Source of the DNA: an uncultured Staphylococcaceae bacterium
Lineage (GTDB): Bacteria > Bacillota_I > Bacilli_A > RFN20 > CAG-826
Direction: 5' to 3'
Assembly: GCA_964369015.1 (NCBI GenBank)
Contig: CAYJDS010000001.1
Coordinates: 1-62,760, forward strand
Length of the DNA stretch: 62,760 bases
Part shown: positions 19,137 to 29,184 of the stretch, one piece after another
Numbering within the stretch: the stretch's first letter is position 1
How the letters are laid out: every line of letters begins with the position of its first letter
Made by a program: the position numbers and the translations under genes
The notes under the pieces: generated by a model
Database searches by the model: none
Seen by the model: the letters and a program-made list of their open reading frames with translations, nothing else
What the model was told of the DNA's origin: nothing

Positions 19137-21818
19137 TTATTTAGCTCGTTTCACTTTAATCTTTTTAATAATAAATTTAATAAGAACGATAATTTCGTGG
19201 ACGACAAGGGGGACAGTTGCAAGTCCTGCTAGTGCGAGCCATTCAAGGAAACTTAATTCAGTCGTTCCAAAGGCAACGGTTAAGAAGTGAATTTCAGTAA
19301 CGGCAACTTGGAGAACAAAGCCGGCAAAGAAACCAACAAAGAGGAACCATTTGCTCTTTTTAAAGTTTGTAACAAATGATTTATTTAAGTTTGACATCCC
19401 AAACATATGGAATAATTGACTAACGCCTAACGTTGTAAAAGCAAAGGTTTGACTCTTTGTTAAATACACATCGTTTGCTAAGACATCACGAATAGCTTGT
19501 AAACTTGTCGCGCCTTGTTCAATCACTGGAACATAAAGGAAAGCAAGGGTTGAGATAAGAGCAATTAAGATTCCGTATCCCACGGTTAAGGCGTAACCAC
19601 CATGAGCAAATAATGATTCTTTTTTATTGCGCGGCTTTTCTTTCATAATATCCGGATCAATTGAGTCACTACCAAGAGCAAGCGCGGGAATAGAGTCGGT
19701 AATTAAATTAACCCATAAAATATGGAGTGCCGTTAAGGGCCAAGGTACGCCAATTAAAATTGCCACAAGCATCGTTATAATTTCGCCAAAGTTTGAAGAA
19801 AGAAGGAACCAAACAGTCTTTTTAATGTTTGCGTAAATCCCCCGTCCTTCACGGACTGCTTTAGCAATACTAGCAAAGTTATCATCAGTTAAGACCATGT
19901 CACTTGCGCCTTTAGCAACGTCGGTACCGGTAATGCCCATTGCAATTCCAATATCAGCCGCTTTTAAACTTGGCGCGTCATTAACACCGTCTCCCGTCAT
20001 CGCAACAATTTCGCCTCTGCCTTGAAGTGCATTAACAATTTGCACCTTATTTTCCGGCGAAACACGGGCAAAAACGCGTTTTGTTGCTAAAACTTCACCA
20101 AGCTCTTCACTCGTTAGTTTATCGATTTCTGCGCCGGTCATAACGCCGTCGCGTTCTTTAACTATCCCAATTTCGTGAGCAATCGCATAAGCCGTATCAG
20201 CGTGATCCCCGGTAATCATAATTGTCGTAATTCCGGCATCATTTAAGTCTTTAACTGCTTCAATTGCTTCTGGACGTGGTGGGTCTACCATCCCAACAAG
20301 GCCAATAAAGGTCAAGTTATCTTCACTAATGGTAAGTTCTTCGCCAGTTTTTTCCGCTAGCGCTAAAACACGAAGTGCTTTACTTGCCATGTGACTTGCG
20401 GCTTCACTAATATTTGTTAAGTCGTTAAGGGTGATTTTACGGACTTTGCCGTTAATTTTAATATGCGTTGCAAGCTTTAAAATATTATCCATTGCCCCTT
20501 TAGTGTATTGGGTGTATTTATCCGCACTTTGATGTAAGGTTGACATCATTTTCCGAACACTATCAAAAGGTAATTCTAAGACACGGGGCGTCTTTTCTTC
20601 AAGCATATCTTTATGGTGATTAATTGAATTTGCAAAGTTAACAAGAGCAATTTCGGTTGGGTCGCCATAAACACCATGGTCAACACTTGCGTCACTACAA
20701 AGCGACATGCCGTCGGCTAAGTCCCCAATTTTTTCGTCACTAAATTCACTTCCACTAATAATTTTTTCGTTTGCGTAAGCACTAACAACGGTCATCACGT
20801 TTTGGGTGAGGGTCCCGGTTTTATCACTACAAATAACGCGAACTGCACCAAGCGTTTCAACACTTGGCAAGCGCCGCGTAATCGTATTAACTTTAACCAT
20901 TCGTTGGACACCAAGCGCTAAGGTAATAGTAACAACTGCTGGTAAGCCTTCAGGGACCGCCGCAACTGCGAGGGAGATTGAAAGTAAGAACATGTTTTTA
21001 ATATTATCAAGACTTGGATCTTGGATAAGGGCAATAATAAAGAGTAATGCAACGATGACAATCGTAATAATACCTAATAATTTTGATAAATCAGCGAGTC
21101 GTTTTTGCAAGGGCGTTTGTTCTTGTTTAGTAGCGCTTAACATTGTCGCAATTTGACCAATTTCGGTCTTATTGCCGGTCGCGATAACAACCCCTTCACC
21201 ACGACCATAAACAACCGGTGTCGACATATAAACAATATTCTTCCGGTCACCAAGCGGCATTTTTCGGTCGTAAGTTAAGAGCGCATCTTTTTCGCTAGGA
21301 ACACTCTCGCCCGTTAAGCTTGCTTCACTAACTTTTAAATTAACACTTTTAATAAGCCGTAAATCAGCAGGAATTGTCCGTCCTTCTTCTAAGATAACAA
21401 TATCTCCTGGGACGAGTTCACTTGCTTTAATTTCTTGGAGTTCGCCGTTACGGCGGACAATAGTTGTGGGGGCGCCTAATTTTTCAAGAGCTTCAAGCGC
21501 TTTATCAGCTTTTAATTCTTGCATTGTGCCAATAACACCATTAATTAAAACAATCACTAAAATTAAGATTGGTTCAAAGTAGCCATGTTTTTCAATGATT
21601 GCCATTACAAAGGAAATAAGTGCGGCAATTAAAAGAATATAAATCATCGCATTATTCATCTGCGCTAAGAAGGCAGAAAAAATAGTTTTCTTTTTCGCGG
21701 TCGGTAAACTATTACTACCAAATTCTTTTCGCCGCTCTTCAACTGCTGCGCTACTTAAGCCACTTTCAGCGTCAACTTGCAGTTCAGTTAATACTTCACT
21801 AATCTTTTTTTGTTCCAT
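19137..21818 (-). CDS. P-type (type IIA, Ca2+-ATPase-like) cation-transporting ATPase
   Basis: TGES, phosphorylation motif CSDKTGTLT, hinge [14 protein letters not shown] in M4, ten predicted TM segments. Confidence 0.9.
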   Translation of the reverse strand: MEQKKISEVLTELQVDAESGLSSAAVEERRKEFGSNSLPTAKKKTIFSAFLAQMNNAMIYILLIAALISFVMAIIEKHGYFEPILILVIVLINGVIGTMQELKADKALEALEKLGAPTTIVRRNGELQEIKASELVPGDIVILEEGRTIPADLRLIKSVNLKVSEASLTGESVPSEKDALLTYDRKMPLGDRKNIVYMSTPVVYGRGEGVVIATGNKTEIGQIATMLSATKQEQTPLQKRLADLSKLLGIITIVIVALLFIIALIQDPSLDNIKNMFLLSISLAVAAVPEGLPAVVTITLALGVQRMVKVNTITRRLPSVETLGAVRVICSDKTGTLTQNVMTVVSAYANEKIISGSEFSDEKIGDLADGMSLCSDASVDHGVYGDPTEIALVNFANSINHHKDMLEEKTPRVLELPFDSVRKMMSTLHQSADKYTQYTKGAMDNILKLATHIKINGKVRKITLNDLTNISEAASHMASKALRVLALAEKTGEELTISEDNLTFIGLVGMVDPPRPEAIEAVKDLNDAGITTIMITGDHADTAYAIAHEIGIVKERDGVMTGAEIDKLTSEELGEVLATKRVFARVSPENKVQIVNALQGRGEIVAMTGDGVNDAPSLKAADIGIAMGITGTDVAKGASDMVLTDDNFASIAKAVREGRGIYANIKKTVWFLLSSNFGEIITMLVAILIGVPWPLTALHILWVNLITDSIPALALGSDSIDPDIMKEKPRNKKESLFAHGGYALTVGYGILIALISTLAFLYVPVIEQGATSLQAIRDVLANDVYLTKSQTFAFTTLGVSQLFHMFGMSNLNKSFVTNFKKSKWFLFVGFFAGFVLQVAVTEIHFLTVAFGTTELSFLEWLALAGLATVPLVVHEIIVLIKFIIKKIKVKRAK

Positions 21819-21925
21819 GACGGATTCTCCTTAATTTCTTTAACATTTTGTTAAAGTGTGCTGCAAACAACTACTTATTTTACTATAAATTGTCTTGTTC
21901 CTAAAATATAAAAGACAAAAAAAGT

Positions 21926-21955
21926 AAAAAAACCCGCGATTATGACGTTGCGGGC
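21926..21955 (-). terminator. Terminator after the GltS-like permease gene
   Basis: CCCGC / GCGGG stem, followed on the minus strand by T7. Confidence 0.6.
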
Positions 21956-21984
21956 TTTCTTGTTTAATAATTTTAAAGTCTTAA

Positions 21985-23478
21985 TTAATTTTCTTCGCTG
22001 CTTGCTTTAGCCAGTTGCTTCGTTTTATGTTTAGTAAAGAAATGTAAAAAGGCCATCATTCCCGCAAAAAGCACAATCAAGAGGCCAAAGGAAATCCACA
22101 GCCAAACTGGCCCTTGATAAATAAAGGCGGTAATAATGAGCATTGGTGCTCCAAACATTGCAGCGGTGCCACTGCCGCTAACCATATCTTCGGCGACGCC
22201 AGTTTCAAAGTTTGGATCAATTTCGCGTAAAAGCGCAATTCCTTCACTCGCCGTGCCCGTTAACATTCCAAAGAAGCCAAAGAAAGTGTACCACCGTGAA
22301 CTTGGAAAATATCGTTTTGCAACTATATCAGTAAAGAAGTAAGTAACAACCGGCCCCACAATCGACATCACGGCAATTAAAATCCAGAGACTTGTTTCGC
22401 CTAACTTCCCAAAGTTAATTGACATAATCGCCGAAGCAATCATGAAATCAAAGGCAACGCCGGCAATCCGATTTTGCATAAAATTATTAATGTATTGCCG
22501 CTTCATAATCTTTTTCTTGCGTAACAAGCCCACAACTGCTTTAACAAGCATCGTTACTAAAATCGCAAAGAGGAAGTTAAAGCCCCAAATTAAACCGCGA
22601 CCTGCCGCAAAACCAATTAAATCAACGACTAAATAACTAACAAGGGAAATAACCCCAAAAGTAATTAAGTAGGTTGCCAAGACAAACGAAATTTGAATCG
22701 AAAATTTGTCGACTGATTCCACAACGGGAATTTCATTTGGGTCATTTTTAAAGGAACTATTTTCTAAGTCGCCAAACGCTTCAGTAGTCGCGCTTCCTTT
22801 GCGATCCACTAATCCTTTACGCGCCACAATATTTAAAATAATCGTCCCAATAATGGAAGCAACTAAAATGCCAATCGCGGCCACGGTTAAGCCAAAATCC
22901 CGTCCACCTTGGAGGGCGTACTGGGCAAATTCGCCGGTTAATGTTTCATAAACGTAACCTGTGTTGCCAGCTTGACCTGGTCCTTGGCCAAAACCAAGCG
23001 GTAAAATAATTCCCGCGTATGGCGCTTTTGCTACGGCTGATCCGGCAAAGATTAAGCCAACAATAACACTTAATGCAACCCCAACAATGCCTTGAATTAA
23101 ATAGCCGCCGACAATTAAAGCGCCTGATTTGAGTGCCCGACCGTCTTTGACTTTTTTCGTTTTTTCCGCAGTAACTAGCCCTAAAGCAATAAAGCCAATC
23201 GCGAGCATATGATAAGCGACAAAGTGCATATAGTCTTCATCAATTATTGGTGTGCCCGATATATCTAGATTTAGGGCACTAAAAAGATACTTTAGTCCAA
23301 GCCCAATAAAGCCGGCTAAAAGACCAGTCGGAATGAGATAACGACGTAAAAGCGGAATTTTCCGTCTTAAAGTGTTCCCAAAAAGAATGAGAGCGCCGAC
23401 AATTCCCAATTGGAAGATTGGGGCCCAAAAATACAAATAATCGTGTGTTTCTCGGGCTAAGAATAATAGATTAATCAT
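21985..23478 (-). CDS. GltS (sodium/glutamate symporter) family permease, long form
   Basis: N-terminal LFGNTLRRKIPLLRRYLIPTGLLAGF and C-terminal FGMLTGTASEGIALLREIDP resemble GltS blocks. More than 10 TM segments. No terminator in the 33-nt gap upstream. Confidence 0.55.
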   Translation of the reverse strand: MINLLFLARETHDYLYFWAPIFQLGIVGALILFGNTLRRKIPLLRRYLIPTGLLAGFIGLGLKYLFSALNLDISGTPIIDEDYMHFVAYHMLAIGFIALGLVTAEKTKKVKDGRALKSGALIVGGYLIQGIVGVALSVIVGLIFAGSAVAKAPYAGIILPLGFGQGPGQAGNTGYVYETLTGEFAQYALQGGRDFGLTVAAIGILVASIIGTIILNIVARKGLVDRKGSATTEAFGDLENSSFKNDPNEIPVVESVDKFSIQISFVLATYLITFGVISLVSYLVVDLIGFAAGRGLIWGFNFLFAILVTMLVKAVVGLLRKKKIMKRQYINNFMQNRIAGVAFDFMIASAIMSINFGKLGETSLWILIAVMSIVGPVVTYFFTDIVAKRYFPSSRWYTFFGFFGMLTGTASEGIALLREIDPNFETGVAEDMVSGSGTAAMFGAPMLIITAFIYQGPVWLWISFGLLIVLFAGMMAFLHFFTKHKTKQLAKASSEEN

Positions 23479-23511
23479 GAAGTACCTCCTTCGTTTATTC
23501 TTAATTTTATA

Positions 23512-24756
23512 TTAAAGACCCATTTGATTTGGTTCTAATTTAATCATGTTTTGCGCCGCTTTTGCGCTTTGTTCGTTCATGTTCTTAAAGATTTGAAAAG
23601 CAACAATAAATTCATAAGGACCAACTCGGTTAGTGTTTGGAATATGAACGACTTTGGTTTGCTCGTGTTTTAAATAAATGATGAGCCCTTCTTTTTGTTG
23701 CATTGCCATCGTGTCTATTTCATCAAAAGGATAGAAAATATGGTCAAGATTTTTTCGCTTAAAACTTACACTAAGTCCTTCCTTCGTTAAAGTCAATTTT
23801 GCTTCCCCAAAGCGCCGCCGTCTTTTGCGAAAGACTTCTAAATATCGTCCGCTTTCACTTAAAGCGAAATTAGGATTAGCAAGAATATAATCTTGATAAG
23901 CAAGTTTATTTTTTTTGTCTAACTCCACCATGTTCTGCGGAGCACTAAATAGACTACTTTCTAAACATCCGTGCGCGTTATAAGTACTCGTAAAGGAACA
24001 TGCTGAACAACTAAAAGTATTACCTTTACCAGTTAGTGTATTCGCGCTACCGCACTGTGGACACATCCACAAGAAGCGGTTAAGTCCTTCGGCATTATGT
24101 TTACCACTATAAGCAAAATTATCATCGTCTTCATAAGCATTAACACTAATTTGTTTATTTATTAAATCATTAATTTCATTAACACTTAAATCTTTATAAT
24201 CTTCGTAGTTTAAGATTTGTTTCACCTCACCAGTGACCCGCCGTTTTTTCCTCTTCCCACTGCTCCAGCGCGGATTACTAAGGTAGCCCCCATGAAAATT
24301 ATAAATGATTAAAGGCCGTTTCAGCATTAAGACTAGCTTGCCAATCCCAGTGGGAATGTTACTAATAGTACCCGTAATTGTAGAGTCGCCTTCAATAAAA
24401 ACACCGACATTTCCACCTTCTTTAATTGTTTGAATCATCATTTTGACACTACCAACATCTGTTTGTGATTTCTTTTTGGGAATCGGCGCAAAAGCCCATA
24501 CTAACAGACGGGAAATAAGCCCCTTAGAAAAGTTAAGCTCACTCGCCATATAATAAATTTGGCGGTCAAAGGTGCCCGTTAAAAAGATTGGATCAAAAGC
24601 TGAAACATGATTACTAACCACAACAAATGGTTCTAAATGGCGGACATTGATCCGCTTTTGAACAAAGCCTGCTTTTTTGCGTAAAAATGGCGCAATTAAA
24701 AAATTTGCGAAGGAGACTATATTTTGATGTCTTTTACGTACAATCTTCGTCTTCAT
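23512..24756 (-). CDS. PlsC-family acyltransferase with Zn-ribbon and C-terminal domain (paralogue of 2252..3529)
   Basis: HxxxxD NHVSAFD, FIEGDST block, CPQCGS...CSAC ribbon. Confidence 0.7.
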   Translation of the reverse strand: MKTKIVRKRHQNIVSFANFLIAPFLRKKAGFVQKRINVRHLEPFVVVSNHVSAFDPIFLTGTFDRQIYYMASELNFSKGLISRLLVWAFAPIPKKKSQTDVGSVKMMIQTIKEGGNVGVFIEGDSTITGTISNIPTGIGKLVLMLKRPLIIYNFHGGYLSNPRWSSGKRKKRRVTGEVKQILNYEDYKDLSVNEINDLINKQISVNAYEDDDNFAYSGKHNAEGLNRFLWMCPQCGSANTLTGKGNTFSCSACSFTSTYNAHGCLESSLFSAPQNMVELDKKNKLAYQDYILANPNFALSESGRYLEVFRKRRRRFGEAKLTLTKEGLSVSFKRKNLDHIFYPFDEIDTMAMQQKEGLIIYLKHEQTKVVHIPNTNRVGPYEFIVAFQIFKNMNEQSAKAAQNMIKLEPNQMGL

Positions 24757-24764
24757 TAGCCCCT

Positions 24765-25886
24765 CTAGTCAATAGCCCGCAAGAAACAGACTCGCTTTTT
24801 ATGATGAATCGTTTCAAATTTCCGCCATAAGTTTTGGATTGGAATGTTGTAATCAAGTTGCGGACTCGTTTCCGCATATTCAATGCCGTCTTCAATTGCG
24901 TGTTTCATGCCTTCAAATAAAAGCGTGTTTGCTAGCCCACTATTTTTAAGTTCGGGCCGCACCGCAACGAGCAACATATCAAGTTGTTTTGATTTCTTGA
25001 GTGCTCTTAAAAAAGAAATAAAACCAAAAGGATATAATTTTCCTTTAATACGTTTAAGAGCAAAAACCGGCGAAGGAATTGAAAGCCCAAAAGCTTGAAG
25101 TTCATCCGCTTCATTAACGATTAGGATTAAATATCGTAAATTAATCAACGGTAAGTATTGTTTTGTTAAAAAGTCCATTAGTTTTTCACTAATTGGCACA
25201 TAACCATATAAATCTTTATAAGCAAGATTAGTTAAATGAAGCATTTTGTGAATATATGGCTTCAAATGCCGTTTGTTTTTTAGCTTAACAACATGAAACT
25301 TATTACGTTCAAGGACCATATTACTAACGCGTTCAAAGCGTTCGTCTAGCTCTTTGGGAACGGTGATCCGGTGTTCAACCCATGTCGCGTCCGCAACAAA
25401 GCCAAGCGCCGCAAAATGCTCTTTATAATAAGGATAATGATAGAAGGTTGCAAACATATTCATATATTCAAAACCTTCAACGAGGAGACCTTCTTTATCT
25501 TGATCACTATAACCAAGTGGACCAACGATTTCAATCATCCCCTGGCTCTTGCCCCAATCCGCGACCGCGTCAATTAAGCCTTTTGTAACATTAATATCAT
25601 CAATCATATCAATTCGATTAAACCGAACCCGCTTTTGATTGTATTTATTGTTCGCAAAATGGCTAATAATGCCGCAGATACGGCCAACGATAACATCATC
25701 TTCATAAGCTAAGAAAAGTTTAAAATCACACCATTCCGAGGCTGGATTCTTTGAAGGTGTTAAATTCGTGATTTCGTCTTCATAAATATAAGGGGTAAAC
25801 TCTTTGCTCCCTTTATAGAGTTTGAGTGGGAAATTAATAAACTTTCTTAACTGTTTTTTCCGACTTACTGGAACGATTTTTAACAT
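24765..25886 (-). CDS. Tandem GNAT-fold acyl-CoA N-acyltransferase-like protein
   Basis: Two acyltransferase-like halves. Only 8 nt separate it from the downstream acyltransferase. Assignment is by general sequence pattern only. Confidence 0.45.
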   Translation of the reverse strand: MLKIVPVSRKKQLRKFINFPLKLYKGSKEFTPYIYEDEITNLTPSKNPASEWCDFKLFLAYEDDVIVGRICGIISHFANNKYNQKRVRFNRIDMIDDINVTKGLIDAVADWGKSQGMIEIVGPLGYSDQDKEGLLVEGFEYMNMFATFYHYPYYKEHFAALGFVADATWVEHRITVPKELDERFERVSNMVLERNKFHVVKLKNKRHLKPYIHKMLHLTNLAYKDLYGYVPISEKLMDFLTKQYLPLINLRYLILIVNEADELQAFGLSIPSPVFALKRIKGKLYPFGFISFLRALKKSKQLDMLLVAVRPELKNSGLANTLLFEGMKHAIEDGIEYAETSPQLDYNIPIQNLWRKFETIHHKKRVCFLRAID

Positions 25887-25919
25887 AATTTTTCTATCCT
25901 TAAACTACTTTATTTTATA

Positions 25920-25950
25920 ATTATAACACGTTTTCAAATAACGTTTGAAA
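25920..25950 (-). promoter_or_regulatory. Candidate promoter (-10 TATAAT) with 7-5-7 inverted repeat TTTCAAA-N5-TTTGAAA at the -35 position
   Basis: TATAAT on the minus strand at 25920-25925. Inverted repeat at 25932-25950. Confidence 0.3.
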
Positions 25951-25975
25951 TTTGATTGGGCCAGTTGTTTATTAG

Positions 25976-26012
25976 AAAAATTAATTAACTCCTTTAGGAG
26001 GCGATTAATTAA
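25976..26012 (-). terminator. Terminator (TTAATTAA + CTCC/GGAG composite stem, T-run) downstream of the alternative-frame stop at 26039
   Basis: Inverted repeat 25981-25992 / 25997-26012, followed on the minus strand by T5. Confidence 0.5.
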
Positions 26013-26038
26013 TCCGCATCAAAATTATAATTATCTTC

Positions 26039-26540
26039 TTAATTTTTAAATTTGATTTCTGCGTCCAAAAGCATTAAAAGGCGGATGCGCGGTTCGCGTA
26101 AGGCGGTGCGTTCAAAAAAGAACTTTTCAACTGCTGCCCAAATAAAAACCAACGTAGTAATAACCATTATTTCGTTAATTACTTCATGGTTCCGTAAAAA
26201 CTGAGTCACAGTAAACCAAATAATTCCGACAATAAGTAAAAATACTGATTGGTGATTTAGAGTCTTTTTTTTTTTGTAACGACTTTAATTCGAGTGCGAC
26301 ACTATGTTCTAAGTCGCTTTTAAAGTTTGCACTGTTAGCTTGCGGAACTTCAATTACAAGCCTTTGTTCAAGGTTAGAAGAAATGATGCTATCTATTATT
26401 TTTAAATAGGCTGAAGCCACTAAATGGTTATCCTTAAAGTCTTCATTCGTTAGTTCGACATTATAGTTATGTTCCGCTATGTTAGCGACAATTTGTGCCT
26501 CTTTTGCTTTTAAGGCTTTAAATCTTTCTTTTCGGTTCAT
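26039..26540 (-). pseudogene. Hypothetical 2-TM membrane protein split by a frameshift at an A11 tract (listed ORF is 26184..26540)
   Basis: After the K-K-K tract the listed frame ends quickly at 26184. The other frame reads TLNHQSVFLLIVGIIWFTVTQFLRNHEVINEIMVITTLVFIWAAVEKFFFERTALREPRIRLLMLLDAEIKFKN with its stop at 26039-26041. A terminator follows that stop. Confidence 0.55.
26265..26275. repeat. Homopolymer T11 (A11 in the mRNA sense) inside a coding region
   Basis: Counted directly from the sequence. Confidence 0.95.
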
Positions 26541-26579
26541 CGTCTTTACTCCTCGTTTTAATAAGCTAGTTTGCTATTT

Positions 26580-26605
26580 AAAAAGGATTGGTTACTGGCC
26601 AATCC
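26580..26605 (-). terminator. Terminator after the ABC permease gene
   Basis: GGATTGG / CCAATCC stem, followed on the minus strand by T5. Confidence 0.6.
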
Positions 26606-26618
26606 TTCAACGTTAATT

Positions 26619-28274
26619 TTAAAGTGGTAAGTCTTTTTTGCGGAAAACAGCAATCCCAATAACATAAGATACGACCGAAACGGCCGCTAAAATGCCGAGT
26701 TTCCAAAGATAATCAGTTGTTCCTGCAATCATTGAATTAAAGTCAATTAGGGTTGCAAGCGAAAGATAATTAAAGAATCGCAGCGAATTCATCCGCATCA
26801 TCTTCGGGACAGCATCACTACCAAATATTCCTAAAATAGTAAAGACAAGGGTTAATACTGCGACTCCTCCCCCGAGCGCCATCGCGTGTTTGGAGCGGTT
26901 AAAGATTGCGGAAGCCATAAACATAATTGCCCCTAAAGTTAATGTCACCATCAGTCCTCCCAAATTAAAGAGGAGCATTGTTCCCATCGTTACAGGTGAA
27001 AAAGTTGGCGGCGATAAATAGAAAACAATGACTGATACAATGCTTGAAACAATATAAAGTAGAATGGTTGAAGTAATAAAGAAGACACTTTGCGTAAAGG
27101 TTACGGTGTCGCGCTTTGTCCCGGTTGATAAAATATAAGCCATCGACCCTGAATCAACTTGACCCGCAATAAGATTAAGACCAACAAGAATGACAAAGAC
27201 AATTGAAAAAAGAAGACCAATTACTTTAAAGTAAATATTACCAACAATCATCGTATACATATCTTGGTCTTTCATATCTTCAAATGTATCTTGTAAGTCA
27301 CTTGGTAATTTTTCAATGATTGACGCTGTAATATCCTTGCGTAAATTTGCTTTAAGAAGTTTTAACTCCTCGGTCGTGGGATTTTCTAAACTTGCCACTT
27401 CTAAATCAAGCCGTGCTTGGTAAGTAACACTAGCTTTAGCAGCAATATCTTTAATGGTTTCGTAATCAAACCCAAAAGAATCATATTTTTCACGATTCAT
27501 CGCTAGGCCAATTCCTTGAAAAGACTCAAGCATCGTATTAATTGCCGATTCACTTGACATTGTGCCGGCAAGAAAAACTTCAAGGGCTTTTAAAGCCCGC
27601 TCTTTGCGATAAGTATCTCTTTCACTTGAACGGATATAATCATAGATTGTGATTGGTACTTCTCCGCCACTAACAATAGTTATTAAGTCAGAAGGGTTAA
27701 CATGAGCAGAAATGGCGGCAAAGTCATAGGCGGGCGGGACATTATTATTTTCATGAAGAGCGTATAAGTCACCGATTGAGTCTTTAACTAAACTACTATC
27801 AAAACTAAAGGTCAAGGCGGCGGTTGTTAAAAGCGAATATTGTTCAAACTGAGCGGATGTTTCTTCATTATCTTTCAACTCGCCATATAACTCTTCATTT
27901 TTTACACTTACTTCACTTATCATTTCAAAAACTGCACTTTGGATTGCCCCTGGTACTTCGGCTTCAAGGTTACTCATCACATCGGCCGGGGTACTATTTT
28001 GGGCAATAACAACAACTTTATCGATAACTTTTTGATCGAGGTCGGCAAATGATTCAGTGGTCACATAATAATAGTTTAAGGAGCTTTTTTGAAAGTTTCC
28101 TTCAATACTAGCGCTGATTAAGGTATCGGTAAATGAACTAGCAATGTTCCCCACTCCTGATCCACCGGACATGCCCATAATAATAACTAAAATAAAACTC
28201 ATAACAAGACTAACTGCAACCCATGAAATCCAGTTTGCTTTCCATGATTGTTTGTAGAGTGCTTTACTAAACAT
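26619..28274 (-). CDS. ABC transporter permease with ~300-aa extracytoplasmic domain
   Basis: N-terminal TM, long soluble region, then about five C-terminal TM segments. Lies immediately downstream of two ATPase genes. Confidence 0.65.
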   Translation of the reverse strand: MFSKALYKQSWKANWISWVAVSLVMSFILVIIMGMSGGSGVGNIASSFTDTLISASIEGNFQKSSLNYYYVTTESFADLDQKVIDKVVVIAQNSTPADVMSNLEAEVPGAIQSAVFEMISEVSVKNEELYGELKDNEETSAQFEQYSLLTTAALTFSFDSSLVKDSIGDLYALHENNNVPPAYDFAAISAHVNPSDLITIVSGGEVPITIYDYIRSSERDTYRKERALKALEVFLAGTMSSESAINTMLESFQGIGLAMNREKYDSFGFDYETIKDIAAKASVTYQARLDLEVASLENPTTEELKLLKANLRKDITASIIEKLPSDLQDTFEDMKDQDMYTMIVGNIYFKVIGLLFSIVFVILVGLNLIAGQVDSGSMAYILSTGTKRDTVTFTQSVFFITSTILLYIVSSIVSVIVFYLSPPTFSPVTMGTMLLFNLGGLMVTLTLGAIMFMASAIFNRSKHAMALGGGVAVLTLVFTILGIFGSDAVPKMMRMNSLRFFNYLSLATLIDFNSMIAGTTDYLWKLGILAAVSVVSYVIGIAVFRKKDLPL

Positions 28275-28275
28275 C

Positions 28276-29184
28276 TTATTTGTCCTCCTTAATTTTGGCT
28301 ATTTCTTTAAAATGCCGTTCTAGTGTGTATTTAACTTCAGAAATAAATTTAACGTCATAGGCTTCTAAGTCATGCATTAAATCGTTAATTTGTCCTTTCG
28401 GAAGTTTAATCGTTACTTGGTGATACTTATTTTGATCACGAACAATTAGATAACTGTTTTCTTTAAATTTTATGTAATCTTTTTCACTATTAAATTCAAT
28501 TTTAAATTCTTGATCCGGTCGATTTTTAATATCCGCAATTGAAGCAACAGCAATAAAATGGCCATCAAGAATAAAGATAACCTTGTCACATGATTCTTCT
28601 AATTCTTCAAAGGACTGCGATGACATTAAAACGGTTTTCCCTTTGCGATGTTCTTCTTTAATTACTTCCATAAAACTAATTCGCATTAACGGATCTAGTC
28701 CCGTCGTTGGTTCGTCCATGATAAGCAGCGGAGCGCTTTTCATTAACGCCGCCACCAGTGCGGTTTTTTGTTTCATCCCTTTTGACATCCGTTTTAAACT
28801 AGCCCGCGGGTCTAGTTTTAAAACACTAATAAGTTTATTTGCGTATTCAAAATCTTTTAAGCCTAAGAAGTCAGCTTGACTTTTTAGAAACGCGGTTCCC
28901 GTTTTAAGATCAGGGAAGCTGATTTCGCCCGGCACATAACCAATATCCTTAAAATTTTCGGCCGAATGCTTCCATGATTCTTTACCAAAGACATAAGTTT
29001 TGCCGCTTGTTGGTTTGATAAAGCCGACGATTGCCCTAAGAGTCGTTGTTTTGCCACTGCCGTTCGTGCCAACAAAGCCAACCATTTCCCCTTCTTTAAT
29101 TTGCAGTGAAGCATTAAAAATGCCTTTGCCACTGCCAAAGTCTTTAGTTAAGTTTTTTAATTCAATAATAATCTTTTCACTCAT
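28276..29184 (-). CDS. ABC transporter ATP-binding protein
   Basis: Walker A GTNGSGKTT, signature MSKGMKQK, Walker B LLIMDEPTTGLD. Confidence 0.9.
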   Translation of the reverse strand: MSEKIIIELKNLTKDFGSGKGIFNASLQIKEGEMVGFVGTNGSGKTTTLRAIVGFIKPTSGKTYVFGKESWKHSAENFKDIGYVPGEISFPDLKTGTAFLKSQADFLGLKDFEYANKLISVLKLDPRASLKRMSKGMKQKTALVAALMKSAPLLIMDEPTTGLDPLMRISFMEVIKEEHRKGKTVLMSSQSFEELEESCDKVIFILDGHFIAVASIADIKNRPDQEFKIEFNSEKDYIKFKENSYLIVRDQNKYHQVTIKLPKGQINDLMHDLEAYDVKFISEVKYTLERHFKEIAKIKEDK

